From Candidatus Arthromitus sp. SFB-mouse-Japan (GTDB lineage: Bacteria > Bacillota > Clostridia > Clostridiales > Clostridiaceae): a DNA stretch of 32,000 bases. The position numbers and the translations under genes are program-made. Under the pieces are notes generated by a model that searched no databases, had not been told where the DNA came from, and saw only the letters and a list, made by a program, of their open reading frames with translations. The stretch covers positions 1,380,001 to 1,412,000 of the forward strand of contig NC_015913.1 in assembly GCF_000270205.1 (NCBI RefSeq). Reading direction: 5' to 3'. Position 1 is the stretch's first letter. Each line of letters begins with the position of its first letter. This document shows, piece by piece, positions 9,745-20,317 of the stretch.

Positions 9745-9774
9745 TTGACTAATTTTATTTATATATGATAGAAT
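9745..9774 (+). promoter_or_regulatory. Candidate sigma-A promoter of rpmE
   Basis: TTGACT (9745..9750), an 18-nt spacer, then TG-a-TAGAAT (extended -10, 9766..9774), about 38 nt upstream of the SD-supported rpmE start. It overlaps the track's upstream ATG (9765), which argues against that start. Confidence 0.45.
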
Positions 9775-9812
9775 ACAGAAAGGTGTATAATGAAACGAAA
9801 GAGGTATATGTA

Positions 9813-10028
9813 ATGAAACAAAGTATTCACCCAAATTACAATAACAATGCCGTGGTTAAATGTGCTTGTGGAAACACATTCACAACAGGCTCTGTAAAAG
9901 ACGAATTAAAAGTTGAAATTTGTTCCAATTGCCATCCTTTCTTTACTGGCAAAAATAAAATTGTGGATATTGGTGGTAGAGTTGAAAAATTCAGGAAAAA
10001 ATTCAACATCAAATCTGAAGATAACTAA
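9813..10028 (+). CDS. rpmE: 50S ribosomal protein L31 (Zn-binding type A)
   Basis: MKQSIHPNY... with cysteine pairs CAC and CSNC and the HPFFTG motif. The start at 9813 has AAGAGG upstream; the track start at 9765 adds 16 non-conserved residues. Confidence 0.93.
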   Translation: MKQSIHPNYNNNAVVKCACGNTFTTGSVKDELKVEICSNCHPFFTGKNKIVDIGGRVEKFRKKFNIKSEDN

Positions 10029-10035
10029 AAAACCA

Positions 10036-10080
10036 AAAGGACCTTTCTTAAAAAAATTAAGAAAGGTCCTTTTATTTATT
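10036..10080. terminator. Bidirectional Rho-independent terminator shared by convergent rpmE and rho
   Basis: 16-bp perfect stem AAAGGACCTTTCTTAA (10036..10051) / TTAAGAAAGGTCCTTT (10057..10072), flanked by an A-run on the left and a T-run on the right. It abuts the rho stop codon. Confidence 0.75.
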
Positions 10081-11475
10081 ATCATCTTTATCAATTATGG
10101 CTTTATAATAATCAATAAATTCTTTATTATTCCTAGTATTCTGGAATACCTTTATTAAACTCTCTATTATATTTTCAGAGTTCCCCTCCCTATGCATTAT
10201 TCTTCTAAGATAGAAAGATATTTCCCTTTCATCATTTGTAAACAATAAATCCTCTTTTCGAGTTCCTGATTTATATATATCAATACTTGGAAACAATCTT
10301 CTTTCTTGCAATTTCCTATCTAAATGAACTTCCATATTACCTGTACCCTTAAATTCCTCAAATATCATATCATCCATCCTAGATCCTGTATCAACAAGAG
10401 CTGTCGCAAGTATCGTAAGGCTCCCACCTTGTTCAAAGTTTCTTGCAGCACCAAAAAACTTTTTAGGTATTCTCAATGATCCAGGATCAAGCCCCCCTGA
10501 TAGAGTCCTACCTGTAGGTACAATTGTTAAATTACATGCCCTAGCAAGTCTCGTTAAACTATCCATTAAAATAAACACATCTTTCCCATGTTCAACCATA
10601 CGCTTAGCTCTTTCAAGTACCATTGTAGCAACTTTAACATGTTGATTCGGTTCCTCATCAAAAGTAGAATAAATAACTTCCCCACCTTCAATTGTTCTTT
10701 GCATATCAGTAACTTCCTCAGGCCTTTCATCTATAAGGAGAATTATTAATTTTATATCTTCATTATTTTTCAAAATATTCTGTGCTATTTTTTTTAATAT
10801 ACTTGTCTTACCAGCTTTAGGTGGTGCAACAATCATACCACGTTGTCCTTTACCTATAGGACATATTATATCCATTAATCTAGTCGATAAATCACTTCCA
10901 TCTCCACTCTCAAGTTTTAATCTCTCATTTGGATAAATAGGAGTAAGTTCCTCAAAATTCTTCCTCTTTATCGCCTCGTCTGGTAAAAATCCATTAATCC
11001 TCTCGACATATAAAAGAGCTCTATACTTTTCACCATCTTTAGGATCTCTAACTTTACCTATTATATGATCCCCAGTTTTTAAGTTAAATCTTCTTATTTG
11101 AGAAGGAGAAACATAAACATCTTCCATACTAGTCAAATAATTCTTTCCTCGTAAAAATCCAAAACTATTATTATCATTTATTTCCAAAACACCATTAGCA
11201 TTCTCAGAATTTAAAATCATATCCTGAAATTTATCTAATTTATCCCCACTATTTTCAGTGTTAATATTACAATCTTGTTCAGTAGATTTAACCATCTTCG
11301 ACTTTATTTTTTCAACCAAAATAACACCATCTTTTTCAATTATAGTTGGAGATAATTCAGAAATCCTATGAATAAGATCATCCTTTTTTAATTTAGAATA
11401 ATTTTTAATATCAAGAGTCCTAGCGGATTGTCTAAGCTCTGATAAAGACATTTCTTCTAATTTCAAAATATTCAT
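10072..11475 (-). CDS. rho: Transcription termination factor Rho (with an approximately 50-aa N-terminal insertion)
   Basis: 467 aa. It has Walker A APPKAGKT, the OB-fold RNA-binding region (GFLR...[16 protein letters not shown]) and typical RecA-fold C-terminal motifs. Extra residues (about 46-95) sit between the N-terminal helix bundle and the OB fold. Confidence 0.95.
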   Translation of the reverse strand: MNILKLEEMSLSELRQSARTLDIKNYSKLKKDDLIHRISELSPTIIEKDGVILVEKIKSKMVKSTEQDCNINTENSGDKLDKFQDMILNSENANGVLEINDNNSFGFLRGKNYLTSMEDVYVSPSQIRRFNLKTGDHIIGKVRDPKDGEKYRALLYVERINGFLPDEAIKRKNFEELTPIYPNERLKLESGDGSDLSTRLMDIICPIGKGQRGMIVAPPKAGKTSILKKIAQNILKNNEDIKLIILLIDERPEEVTDMQRTIEGGEVIYSTFDEEPNQHVKVATMVLERAKRMVEHGKDVFILMDSLTRLARACNLTIVPTGRTLSGGLDPGSLRIPKKFFGAARNFEQGGSLTILATALVDTGSRMDDMIFEEFKGTGNMEVHLDRKLQERRLFPSIDIYKSGTRKEDLLFTNDEREISFYLRRIMHREGNSENIIESLIKVFQNTRNNKEFIDYYKAIIDKDDNK

Positions 11476-11520
11476 ATATTTAAATATTTTACAATAATAA
11501 ATTTATTGTAAAATCCTCCT
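11476..11520 (-). promoter_or_regulatory. rho translation-initiation region: AGGAGG separated from the ATG by a 29-nt hairpin plus 10 nt
   Basis: Minus strand order: AGGAGG (11520..11515), then a 12-bp perfect stem ATTTTACAATAA / TTATTGTAAAAT with a 5-nt loop (11514..11486), then ATTTAAATAT, then ATG (11475). There is no other SD-like sequence near the ATG. Confidence 0.4.
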
Positions 11521-11646
11521 CTCAATTTAAAAAATATGTCTCTAAAAACAAGGTAATTTTATAAGAAAAGATTCAAGAAAGGCATTTCTAAAAGGATATA
11601 TTTTATAAAATATAATTATAAAATTACTTAAAATTTGTCAACAAAT

Positions 11647-13266
<1,620 letters not shown>

Positions 13267-13395
13267 CTAAAAAACTACATTTAAATAAAATAATTTGTAA
13301 GATGTATATAAATGTTTTATTTTAATTAAAATAATCTCACTACAAAAATAAAATAAAGCTATAACAATCCTAGTTTTACATTTTAATTAATTATA

Positions 13396-13424
13396 TTGAA
13401 ACTTAAATAAAATATCTATATAAT
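13396..13424 (+). promoter_or_regulatory. Candidate sigma-A promoter of the ugtP-like gene
   Basis: TTGAAA (13396..13401), a 17-nt spacer, then TATAAT (13419..13424), about 80 nt upstream of the start at 13507. Confidence 0.4.
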
Positions 13425-13506
13425 TAAGCATAAAAAAGTATTTTTTTAGTGTAAATATCAAATAAACGATGCTTATAAATTATATTTTTTGAGGGATATT
13501 AATAAA

Positions 13507-14628
13507 ATGAATATTTTAATTTTTACGTCAGATATAGGTGGTGGCCATATAAAGGCTGCCGAAGCGATTTATGAACACATTAAATATAAAAATTTAAACT
13601 ATACTGTAAAAACACTAAACACAATAGATAATATTAATCCATCGTTTAACAAATTACTAACATCCTCTTATAGTGAATGTATTAAGAAATACTCAAATTT
13701 ATATGGAAAAATCTATTATTATGCTGAAAAAAATCATACTCCCTTAGACGTTTTTTATTCAATTTTAAAAAGTTTATCCAAAAAACTACTTCCAATTATA
13801 TTGGATTTTAAGACTGATATAATGATTTCTACTCATCCATTCTCAACTCAAATGGTATCATATCTAAAAGAGCTTGGAAATATACCCGAAATTAAATTAA
13901 TTAATTTATTAACTGATTATGGACCACATAGATTTTGGATATCTAACAATGTAGATGCATATATAACGGCAAGCGAACAAATGACTGATGATATGGTACA
14001 AAGAGGAGTGGATAGAAATATAATTTATCCGATTGGTATACCTGTTAGTGTTAACTTTTTAAAACCCTATGATAAAAAAGATGTTCTTAATACTATAGGT
14101 TTTAATGAAAATTGTTTCACCATACTAATTATGTCAGGTAGTCTAGGAGTTGACTATGTAATTAAAATATTTAAGCTTCTAATAACAATAAATAGAAACC
14201 TCCAAATAATTATCATAGCCGGACGTAATGAATATTTATATAAAAAATTTAAGCGTATTATTTCAAATTATACCGGAAATTCTATAAAATTCCACCTACT
14301 TGGTTTTACTAAAGAGGTCAGTAAATATATGAGTGTTTGTGATGTCATAGTTACAAAACCTGGTGGACTTACACTTACAGAAGCCATTTCTTCAAATCTT
14401 CCTATAGTATTTTTTGATGCTATGCCTGGACAGGAAGAACTAAATGCTGATTTTATCATAAAAAATAATATAGGTATGAGAATAACACAAAATCAAGAAA
14501 GTATTAACAAATTTGTTGAATTAATAGATAACTCTGAAATTTTAACCTCACTAAAAAATAATACTAATAAGATTAAAAAATTAAATTTCATAGAGAACTT
14601 ATCATCTATAATAAATAATCTTAGATAA
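13507..14628 (+). CDS. Diacylglycerol glycosyltransferase (MGDG-synthase / UgtP family, GT28)
   Basis: N-terminus MNILIFTSDIGGGHIKAAEAI resembles the UgtP/MGDG-synthase N-terminal domain, and the C-terminal half has KPGGLTLTEA (GT28 C-terminal domain). The start at 13507 follows GAGGG; the track's TTG at 13489 overlaps that SD. Confidence 0.75.
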   Translation: MNILIFTSDIGGGHIKAAEAIYEHIKYKNLNYTVKTLNTIDNINPSFNKLLTSSYSECIKKYSNLYGKIYYYAEKNHTPLDVFYSILKSLSKKLLPIILDFKTDIMISTHPFSTQMVSYLKELGNIPEIKLINLLTDYGPHRFWISNNVDAYITASEQMTDDMVQRGVDRNIIYPIGIPVSVNFLKPYDKKDVLNTIGFNENCFTILIMSGSLGVDYVIKIFKLLITINRNLQIIIIAGRNEYLYKKFKRIISNYTGNSIKFHLLGFTKEVSKYMSVCDVIVTKPGGLTLTEAISSNLPIVFFDAMPGQEELNADFIIKNNIGMRITQNQESINKFVELIDNSEILTSLKNNTNKIKKLNFIENLSSIINNLR

Positions 14629-14630
14629 AA

Positions 14631-14677
14631 TTTAAGCTATACTTATTTAAATAGTGTAGCTTAAAATATTTTTTTAA
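14631..14677. terminator. Terminator between the convergent ugtP-like gene and spoIIR
   Basis: Stem TTTAAGCTATACT (14631..14643) / AGTGTAGCTTAAA (14653..14665) with one A/G mismatch (a G-U pair on one strand), followed by ATATTTTTTT on the plus strand. An A-run on the left allows use from the minus strand. It overlaps the spoIIR stop. Confidence 0.55.
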
Positions 14678-15323
14678 AAAACCCTTTTACGATCTCAATT
14701 ATTTTAAAAGATACCTTAACTTCATTCACACGACTTACCCTTGATTTATCATTTGAGCTAAAAACTTCAGAATCCTTTTTATTACTTTTTATTATAGATG
14801 GAATAGAATCTATCTTTTTATCATCACTTTGTATAAAACCTATGCTCGAAAATAACAAACTCCAAAAATTTTTACCAGATGCCTGTCCTATATTCAATAT
14901 AAAATAATCATATATGCCTTCAGGAATTATATAAGATCCATACACTCTTTCATCAAAATATTTTTTACCAATATCTATGGTAACCTCATCATACACTCTA
15001 TAATCATTAAGAACATTTATAGCAATTTCCCTTATTTTGTTTAAATTTCCCTTTAAATAGTCAATATTATCAGATTTACTTGATTTTAATTTTGAATCTT
15101 TTTCAAGATAATCCATAATTTCATCCTTAACAGCATTTTTAACATATTGATCAAAATCTAAATCACTATTAGCTATAAAATGAAATCTTATTATATTTTC
15201 ACTCAATTCTTCATAATCAAGCTCTATTAAATTCTCTCTTGACTTAACACATACCTTGTCCATATTTAAAAAATTTAAGCTTAAAATAAATAACATAAAA
15301 AATAAAAATTTGATAAATTTCAT
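14661..15323 (-). CDS. spoIIR: Stage II sporulation protein R (SpoIIR)
   Basis: 220 aa with an N-terminal signal sequence, then IRFHFIANSDLDFDQ, which matches the conserved (I/L)R(L/F)H(V/I)(I/L)ANSD motif of SpoIIR. SD GAGGTG. Confidence 0.85.
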   Translation of the reverse strand: MKFIKFLFFMLFILSLNFLNMDKVCVKSRENLIELDYEELSENIIRFHFIANSDLDFDQYVKNAVKDEIMDYLEKDSKLKSSKSDNIDYLKGNLNKIREIAINVLNDYRVYDEVTIDIGKKYFDERVYGSYIIPEGIYDYFILNIGQASGKNFWSLLFSSIGFIQSDDKKIDSIPSIIKSNKKDSEVFSSNDKSRVSRVNEVKVSFKIIEIVKGFFKKIF

Positions 15324-15369
15324 AATTACACCTCAAGGTAATTGTTACATTTATCAAATTTTTTATTCA

Positions 15370-16476
15370 TTAAAACGATATATTTTCTGTATTTGTTATA
15401 TTATTTATTATGTTTAAATTTATACTAAAACCTTCTATCCAATTAGGATTTCTCCTAATCTCACTTCTCCAAATCTTTGGACTAAATTTATAAAAATAAT
15501 TCTCTAAATTTAATATATCTATACCATTTTTATAAAATCTATCTAATAAATTCATACAATCTATTTTAATAATATTATCTAAATTATTATTTAAATCATC
15601 CATGATATTATATGAAAATATATGATTAGGATCCAAACAATTTTTTATAGTTGTATTCAAATTCAATTCCAAATTCATATTTTTATGACTTATAATATTT
15701 ATTCTTCTCTTGGTACTCTCAGATTCATAATCTATATACCTGCTTTTAAAAGGAATACTATATATAATTTTATCATTATCTCCTCTTAATAAGTTAATTA
15801 CCCTAGTATTTTTAAGATTAAGCTCATCTATATAACTTTCATTATCTAAAATATAACTTCCTTTTATACTCATTACATTCTTATCATTATTTAATCTTAA
15901 AACAGGTATTAATATATTCTTATTTTGAGAAAAATAATCCAACATATTACTTAATGTCACAGACTTAATTCCATTTTTCTTACTATTATATTCAATTAAT
16001 TCCTCAATAAATATTTGAGAGTCTTCACCTGACTTAGATTTAAAATTTATAAAATCTTTTGAATCTCCATCTCCTATACACATGAAAATCCTCCTACTAA
16101 TTTGAGGATTATGAGATAAATAGTCCAATACTTCACAAAAACTATTATTATTTTTAGCTAATTTAGAAGATATAACAACTATCTTAACATGATCAAGATC
16201 AATATTTTTTTTAGTTTTACTTACAATATCATACATAGCTTCATAAAACGTTTTACCAAACCCATCGATGCTACCTGCCCCTTTAATTTTTGAAGATTCA
16301 GGAGAAAATTCTGATATATCAGGATAAGATAAATACAAAGAATAATCACCATCATCATTTATATCAACACCTATTCCTGATACAAAAAGTCTTGTATCAA
16401 TACTCTGAGAATATGTACATGATTTCATAATAACACATATAAAAATACCCCAAAATACAAACATTAATTTTTTCAT
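15370..16476 (-). CDS. Spore germinant receptor subunit C (GerAC family lipoprotein)
   Basis: The start MKKLMFVFWGIFICVIMKSC is a signal peptide ending in Cys, though the lipobox is imperfect. The ATG overlaps the gerAB stop (ATGA), with GGAGAGGGTG upstream. It is the third gene of an A-B-C operon, and GIGVD after the signal is typical of the family. The track start at 16578 would overlap gerAB by 106 nt. Confidence 0.8.
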   Translation of the reverse strand: MKKLMFVFWGIFICVIMKSCTYSQSIDTRLFVSGIGVDINDDGDYSLYLSYPDISEFSPESSKIKGAGSIDGFGKTFYEAMYDIVSKTKKNIDLDHVKIVVISSKLAKNNNSFCEVLDYLSHNPQISRRIFMCIGDGDSKDFINFKSKSGEDSQIFIEELIEYNSKKNGIKSVTLSNMLDYFSQNKNILIPVLRLNNDKNVMSIKGSYILDNESYIDELNLKNTRVINLLRGDNDKIIYSIPFKSRYIDYESESTKRRINIISHKNMNLELNLNTTIKNCLDPNHIFSYNIMDDLNNNLDNIIKIDCMNLLDRFYKNGIDILNLENYFYKFSPKIWRSEIRRNPNWIEGFSINLNIINNITNTENISF

Positions 16477-17591
16477 TTTACACCCTCTCCTTTTACAATG
16501 CTCCTCTTTATATAAGTCGCTAAAAAAAGAACTACAGGTACAAAAAAAACTAGAATTAAAGATATATAAAATACCCACGTATTTATTATAAAATCAATAT
16601 CCTCAACTCCTTTAGGAATCAAAGTTAAAATATATATAATAGGTATAAACATTGTCGATGAAACTTTATGCCTAAATAATCCTAAAGATTTACTATTTAC
16701 ATAACTAGCATAAAAATATAAATTTATAAAATTTACTATAAAAAATATAGTGGCTATAGTTATAACAATTCCCTCAACTCTCTCAATAAATCCTCCAGGA
16801 ACATCTATCGTAGTAAATGCTATGATTATAGGCCAATTAGATTTCACAGTTTGATTTATATTAAGTATTCCAACACATGTAAGAAATAATAATGATAAAA
16901 ATACAAATGATAAAATCGTCGACTTATAATTTACATTTACCTTCTCATTACCCTCACTCCTGTATCTTGGAAGAATATAATAAAGCATCATAGATCCAAT
17001 AAAATAACTACTAAAAGTTAAAAACCCTTTTAAATATATATACCCACTTTCTATGTTCATAGGTAACATATTATCTAAATTTATATTTTTGCATACTATG
17101 GCAAACGTTACAAAACAACATATCAATAGAAACACGAACATTATTTCATTAATACCAGTTAGAACTTTATCCCCAAATCTAACCACATAATAACAAATTA
17201 TAAGCGTCGCTCCTATCATAAACTCACTATTTATTTCTGGAAATATATATAATTTTATAGAATCAATAAAGATTCTAAGCTGCATTGATATCAAAAATAT
17301 GATGCCTATACTAATTAAAAATAATAATATTCTCCCTATAAACTTCCCAAATAAATTTTCCACAATAATATTCAGTTCATTGTTATTATTTATCTTAACA
17401 GTATTATAAATTATATAAATAACAGCTAAATAAATAATTCCATATATAATGGTCGGAAAAAAAGCGTTGTTACCCAAAATTTTGCCTATATTCTTGGTAT
17501 AAGTAAAAACTCCAAATCCAACTAAACTTAAAAAAAGTGTTGAAAAAACCCCAAAACTTCGTATAACCTTACGATCTGCATTATTTCTCAT
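16473..17591 (-). CDS. Spore germinant receptor subunit B (GerAB family, APC-like permease)
   Basis: 372 aa with about 10 predicted TM helices. It is the middle gene of the ger operon. SD AAGGAG. Confidence 0.85.
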   Translation of the reverse strand: MRNNADRKVIRSFGVFSTLFLSLVGFGVFTYTKNIGKILGNNAFFPTIIYGIIYLAVIYIIYNTVKINNNNELNIIVENLFGKFIGRILLFLISIGIIFLISMQLRIFIDSIKLYIFPEINSEFMIGATLIICYYVVRFGDKVLTGINEIMFVFLLICCFVTFAIVCKNINLDNMLPMNIESGYIYLKGFLTFSSYFIGSMMLYYILPRYRSEGNEKVNVNYKSTILSFVFLSLLFLTCVGILNINQTVKSNWPIIIAFTTIDVPGGFIERVEGIVITIATIFFIVNFINLYFYASYVNSKSLGLFRHKVSSTMFIPIIYILTLIPKGVEDIDFIINTWVFYISLILVFFVPVVLFLATYIKRSIVKGEGVK

Positions 17592-17602
17592 ATATAACTC
17601 CT

Positions 17603-19063
17603 TTATTTCTGTCTCTTTTTATCCTGAGTATCCATATACTTAGGCCTATCCTTAAATAAATAAAGAGGATATTTCACAAATATATCTTTAAAATCCTTTT
17701 TTCTCATATTAACAATTGGTGATAAATAAGGAATCCCAAAACTATCCATTTTCAATAAATATGTAAGAAAAACAAACGTTCCTAAAATTATTCCATAAAA
17801 TCCAAAAATACCAGATATTATTATATACATTATCCTAAATAATCTAATAGACAGCATAACCTCGTAGTTAGGCGACATAAACCCACTTATTATTGTTAGA
17901 GCAACAATAACTATCATAACAGGACTAACAAGACCCGCACTTACAGCTGCCTGACCTATTACAATTCCACCAACAATACCAATCGTTGATCCTATAGCTT
18001 TTGGTAATCTAACAATTGCTTCAAGCAAAAATGCTAAAAAAACTTCCATTATAACAGCCTCAAAAATCGGAGGAAATGCAATCCCTTGACGAGAACTTGC
18101 TATAGAATAGGCAAGTTTTGCTGGAATAATAGACGTATGAAAACTAGTCACCGAAACATATAATGATGGAAGTACTAAAGATATAATAAGAGCAAAAAAT
18201 CTTATTAATCTAGAAAATGTACTATAAATCCATCTAAGATTATAATCATCTGGAGTTTGAAATAAATTAGAAAAAGTTGCTGGCGTTATAAGAACAAAAG
18301 GGGAATTATCAACTATAATACAAACCTTACCTTCATAAATTGCAGATGATACAACTTCTGGTCTCTCAGTTGCTTGAACCTGTGGAAATATAGACCATTT
18401 ATCATTCTCAATCAATTGTTCAATATATCCACTATCTAATATTGCATCTATATCTATACTTTCTAACTTCTTTTTAACTCTTGTTAAAACATCTTCATTA
18501 ACAATATCATCTATATAAACAATAGCAGTATCAGTTTTAGATCTAACCCCAACTTTAATAGATTCTATCCTAAGCCTTGTATCTCTAACTCTTCTCCTAA
18601 TAAGAGCTGTATTAGACCTTATAGTTTCTGTAAAACCATCTCTAGATCCTCGTATTACAGACTCACCCGAAGGTTCCCCTACACCACGATTTGGCCATGA
18701 CCTTGTTGCAATAATATAACATTCACTTTTCCCTTCGATAAAAAGAAGGGTTTCTCCAGATAATAAGTCGATAATTGAATCTCTTAAATTAGAAGATTTT
18801 TTCATATCAGAAGTAGTTAGTATATCGAATAATTGTTTTTCACTTAGATTAACTAAACTATTGTTATCTAAAAGAGTTTCCATTACAAAATTATTTGTTA
18901 AGTTTTTATCCGATATACCATCTATACAAACAAGTAAACACTTCTTACCCGACACATTAAATTCTCTAAATACAACATCTGAATTATCCTTAAGCAATTC
19001 CTTTAGATAACTATTAATTTCATTTACATTCGGTGAAATTATTTCTTTAATTTTCTCTTCCAT
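17603..19063 (-). CDS. Spore germinant receptor subunit A (GerAA family)
   Basis: 486 aa with the conserved VIRGSRDGFTETIRSNTALIRRRVRD motif of GerA-family A subunits, followed by a C-terminal TM bundle. SD AGGAGG. Confidence 0.9.
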   Translation of the reverse strand: MEEKIKEIISPNVNEINSYLKELLKDNSDVVFREFNVSGKKCLLVCIDGISDKNLTNNFVMETLLDNNSLVNLSEKQLFDILTTSDMKKSSNLRDSIIDLLSGETLLFIEGKSECYIIATRSWPNRGVGEPSGESVIRGSRDGFTETIRSNTALIRRRVRDTRLRIESIKVGVRSKTDTAIVYIDDIVNEDVLTRVKKKLESIDIDAILDSGYIEQLIENDKWSIFPQVQATERPEVVSSAIYEGKVCIIVDNSPFVLITPATFSNLFQTPDDYNLRWIYSTFSRLIRFFALIISLVLPSLYVSVTSFHTSIIPAKLAYSIASSRQGIAFPPIFEAVIMEVFLAFLLEAIVRLPKAIGSTIGIVGGIVIGQAAVSAGLVSPVMIVIVALTIISGFMSPNYEVMLSIRLFRIMYIIISGIFGFYGIILGTFVFLTYLLKMDSFGIPYLSPIVNMRKKDFKDIFVKYPLYLFKDRPKYMDTQDKKRQK

Positions 19064-19072
19064 ATATACCTC

Positions 19073-19261
19073 CTATTTCAAAATATTGATAATAAAAATA
19101 CCTAAAGTTCCAAAAGAATAAATCCAAATTAATGCTTTACATACATTTTTATCATTCTTTAATTGATTTACCTCCCTTAATTCAATAAAAGCTAATATTC
19201 CAATTACAATTATCATTAACCAATAAAAATTTTTATTCATAACATTAAGTAAATTCATCAT
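19073..19261 (-). CDS. Small two-TM membrane protein, first gene of the ger operon (possible D-type receptor subunit)
   Basis: 62 aa starting at ATG 19261 (GGAAGG 6 nt upstream; the track start at 19276 is a TTG overlapping that SD). It has two hydrophobic helices (FYWLMIIVIGILAFI and ALIWIYSFGTLGIFIINIL). Its stop lies 9 nt before the gerAA ATG, with the gerAA SD in between. Confidence 0.5.
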   Translation of the reverse strand: MMNLLNVMNKNFYWLMIIVIGILAFIELREVNQLKNDKNVCKALIWIYSFGTLGIFIINILK

Positions 19262-19357
19262 ATTAATTCCTTCCAAACTAATTAATAATTTTATTATTTA
19301 CTATTTTTTTGTAATTATGCACAAAAATAAGGCATGTAAATTAAACATCTACACACC

Positions 19358-20218
19358 CTACTCATTAATAGTTTTTGTTAAAAATACTTCATTAAATTCT
19401 TTTTTAAATATATCATACGAGCGTTGAGCTAAATATAAATTATCAAAAACTCCATATACTGCTGACCCGCTACCACTCATAGAAGCATTAATGGCACCAC
19501 TATTTATTAATCTATATTTCATATCTCGTATAACATCCATATTCTCTACATCCGAATATTCCAATATATTTGAAATATTATTACAAACATCGTAGAACTT
19601 ATCATTATTCAAATAATTAATGATCATATCCTTGTTTATATTATATTTTATATTATATAAATTAAATTTATTATAAACATCTTTAGTAGAAAAACCAAAA
19701 TCAGGTTTTATAATTAAAATTATTTTATCTTCAAAAGATTTTAATTTCGTTACTTTCTCTCCTATACCCTCACATAAAACACTTCCTCCTAAAATACAAT
19801 AAGGAAAATCAGCACCTAATACAATACTATCCCTACATAAAACATCTATAGGAATATCTAATTTATATATATAGTTTAAGGCTTTTATTATTTCAGCTCC
19901 ATTACTTGTCCCACCACCAAGGCCTGAACATACGGGTATATTTTTATGTATTTTTATATATATTTTCCCCTTCAAACCATACTTTTCTATAAACCACATA
20001 CAAGCTTTATAGCACAAATTCCTATGATCTATAGGTATTTGATGATTATCACATTCGATTTCTATGTATACTCCTTCAAACTCTTTATCTACTTTTAAAT
20101 ATATATCATCAAACAAATCAATTCTCTGAATCAATGTTTCAATATCATGATATCCATCTTTTCTTTTCCCCAAAATATTTAAAAAAATATTAATCTTGCC
20201 ATAACTCCTTAGTTTCAT
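19358..20218 (-). CDS. ispE: 4-diphosphocytidyl-2-C-methyl-D-erythritol kinase
   Basis: 286 aa with N-terminal KINIFLNILGKRKDGYH and the GHMP kinase motif PVCSGLGGGTSNGA. Confidence 0.93.
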   Translation of the reverse strand: MKLRSYGKINIFLNILGKRKDGYHDIETLIQRIDLFDDIYLKVDKEFEGVYIEIECDNHQIPIDHRNLCYKACMWFIEKYGLKGKIYIKIHKNIPVCSGLGGGTSNGAEIIKALNYIYKLDIPIDVLCRDSIVLGADFPYCILGGSVLCEGIGEKVTKLKSFEDKIILIIKPDFGFSTKDVYNKFNLYNIKYNINKDMIINYLNNDKFYDVCNNISNILEYSDVENMDVIRDMKYRLINSGAINASMSGSGSAVYGVFDNLYLAQRSYDIFKKEFNEVFLTKTINE

Positions 20219-20269
20219 ATAACTCTCCCATTTCTCGTATAACTTATTAAATTATATAAAAAAGAGTAT

Positions 20270-20314
20270 TTAAAATCAAAAAATAATCAGGGATACAAAA
20301 GAAACCCTGATTAT
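20270..20314 (-). terminator. Rho-independent terminator after cphA
   Basis: Stem ATAATCAGGG (20283..20292) / CCCTGATTAT (20305..20314) with a 12-nt loop. On the minus strand it is followed by TTTTTTGATTTT. It starts 3 nt after the cphA stop. Confidence 0.75.
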
Positions 20315-20317
20315 TTT

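Noticed and set aside
11191-11340. A prion-like domain in Rho, as described for Clostridium botulinum.
   Set aside because: The insertion is only about 50 aa, rich in K/E/D, and lacks a long N/Q-rich tract, so it does not resemble a prion-forming domain.
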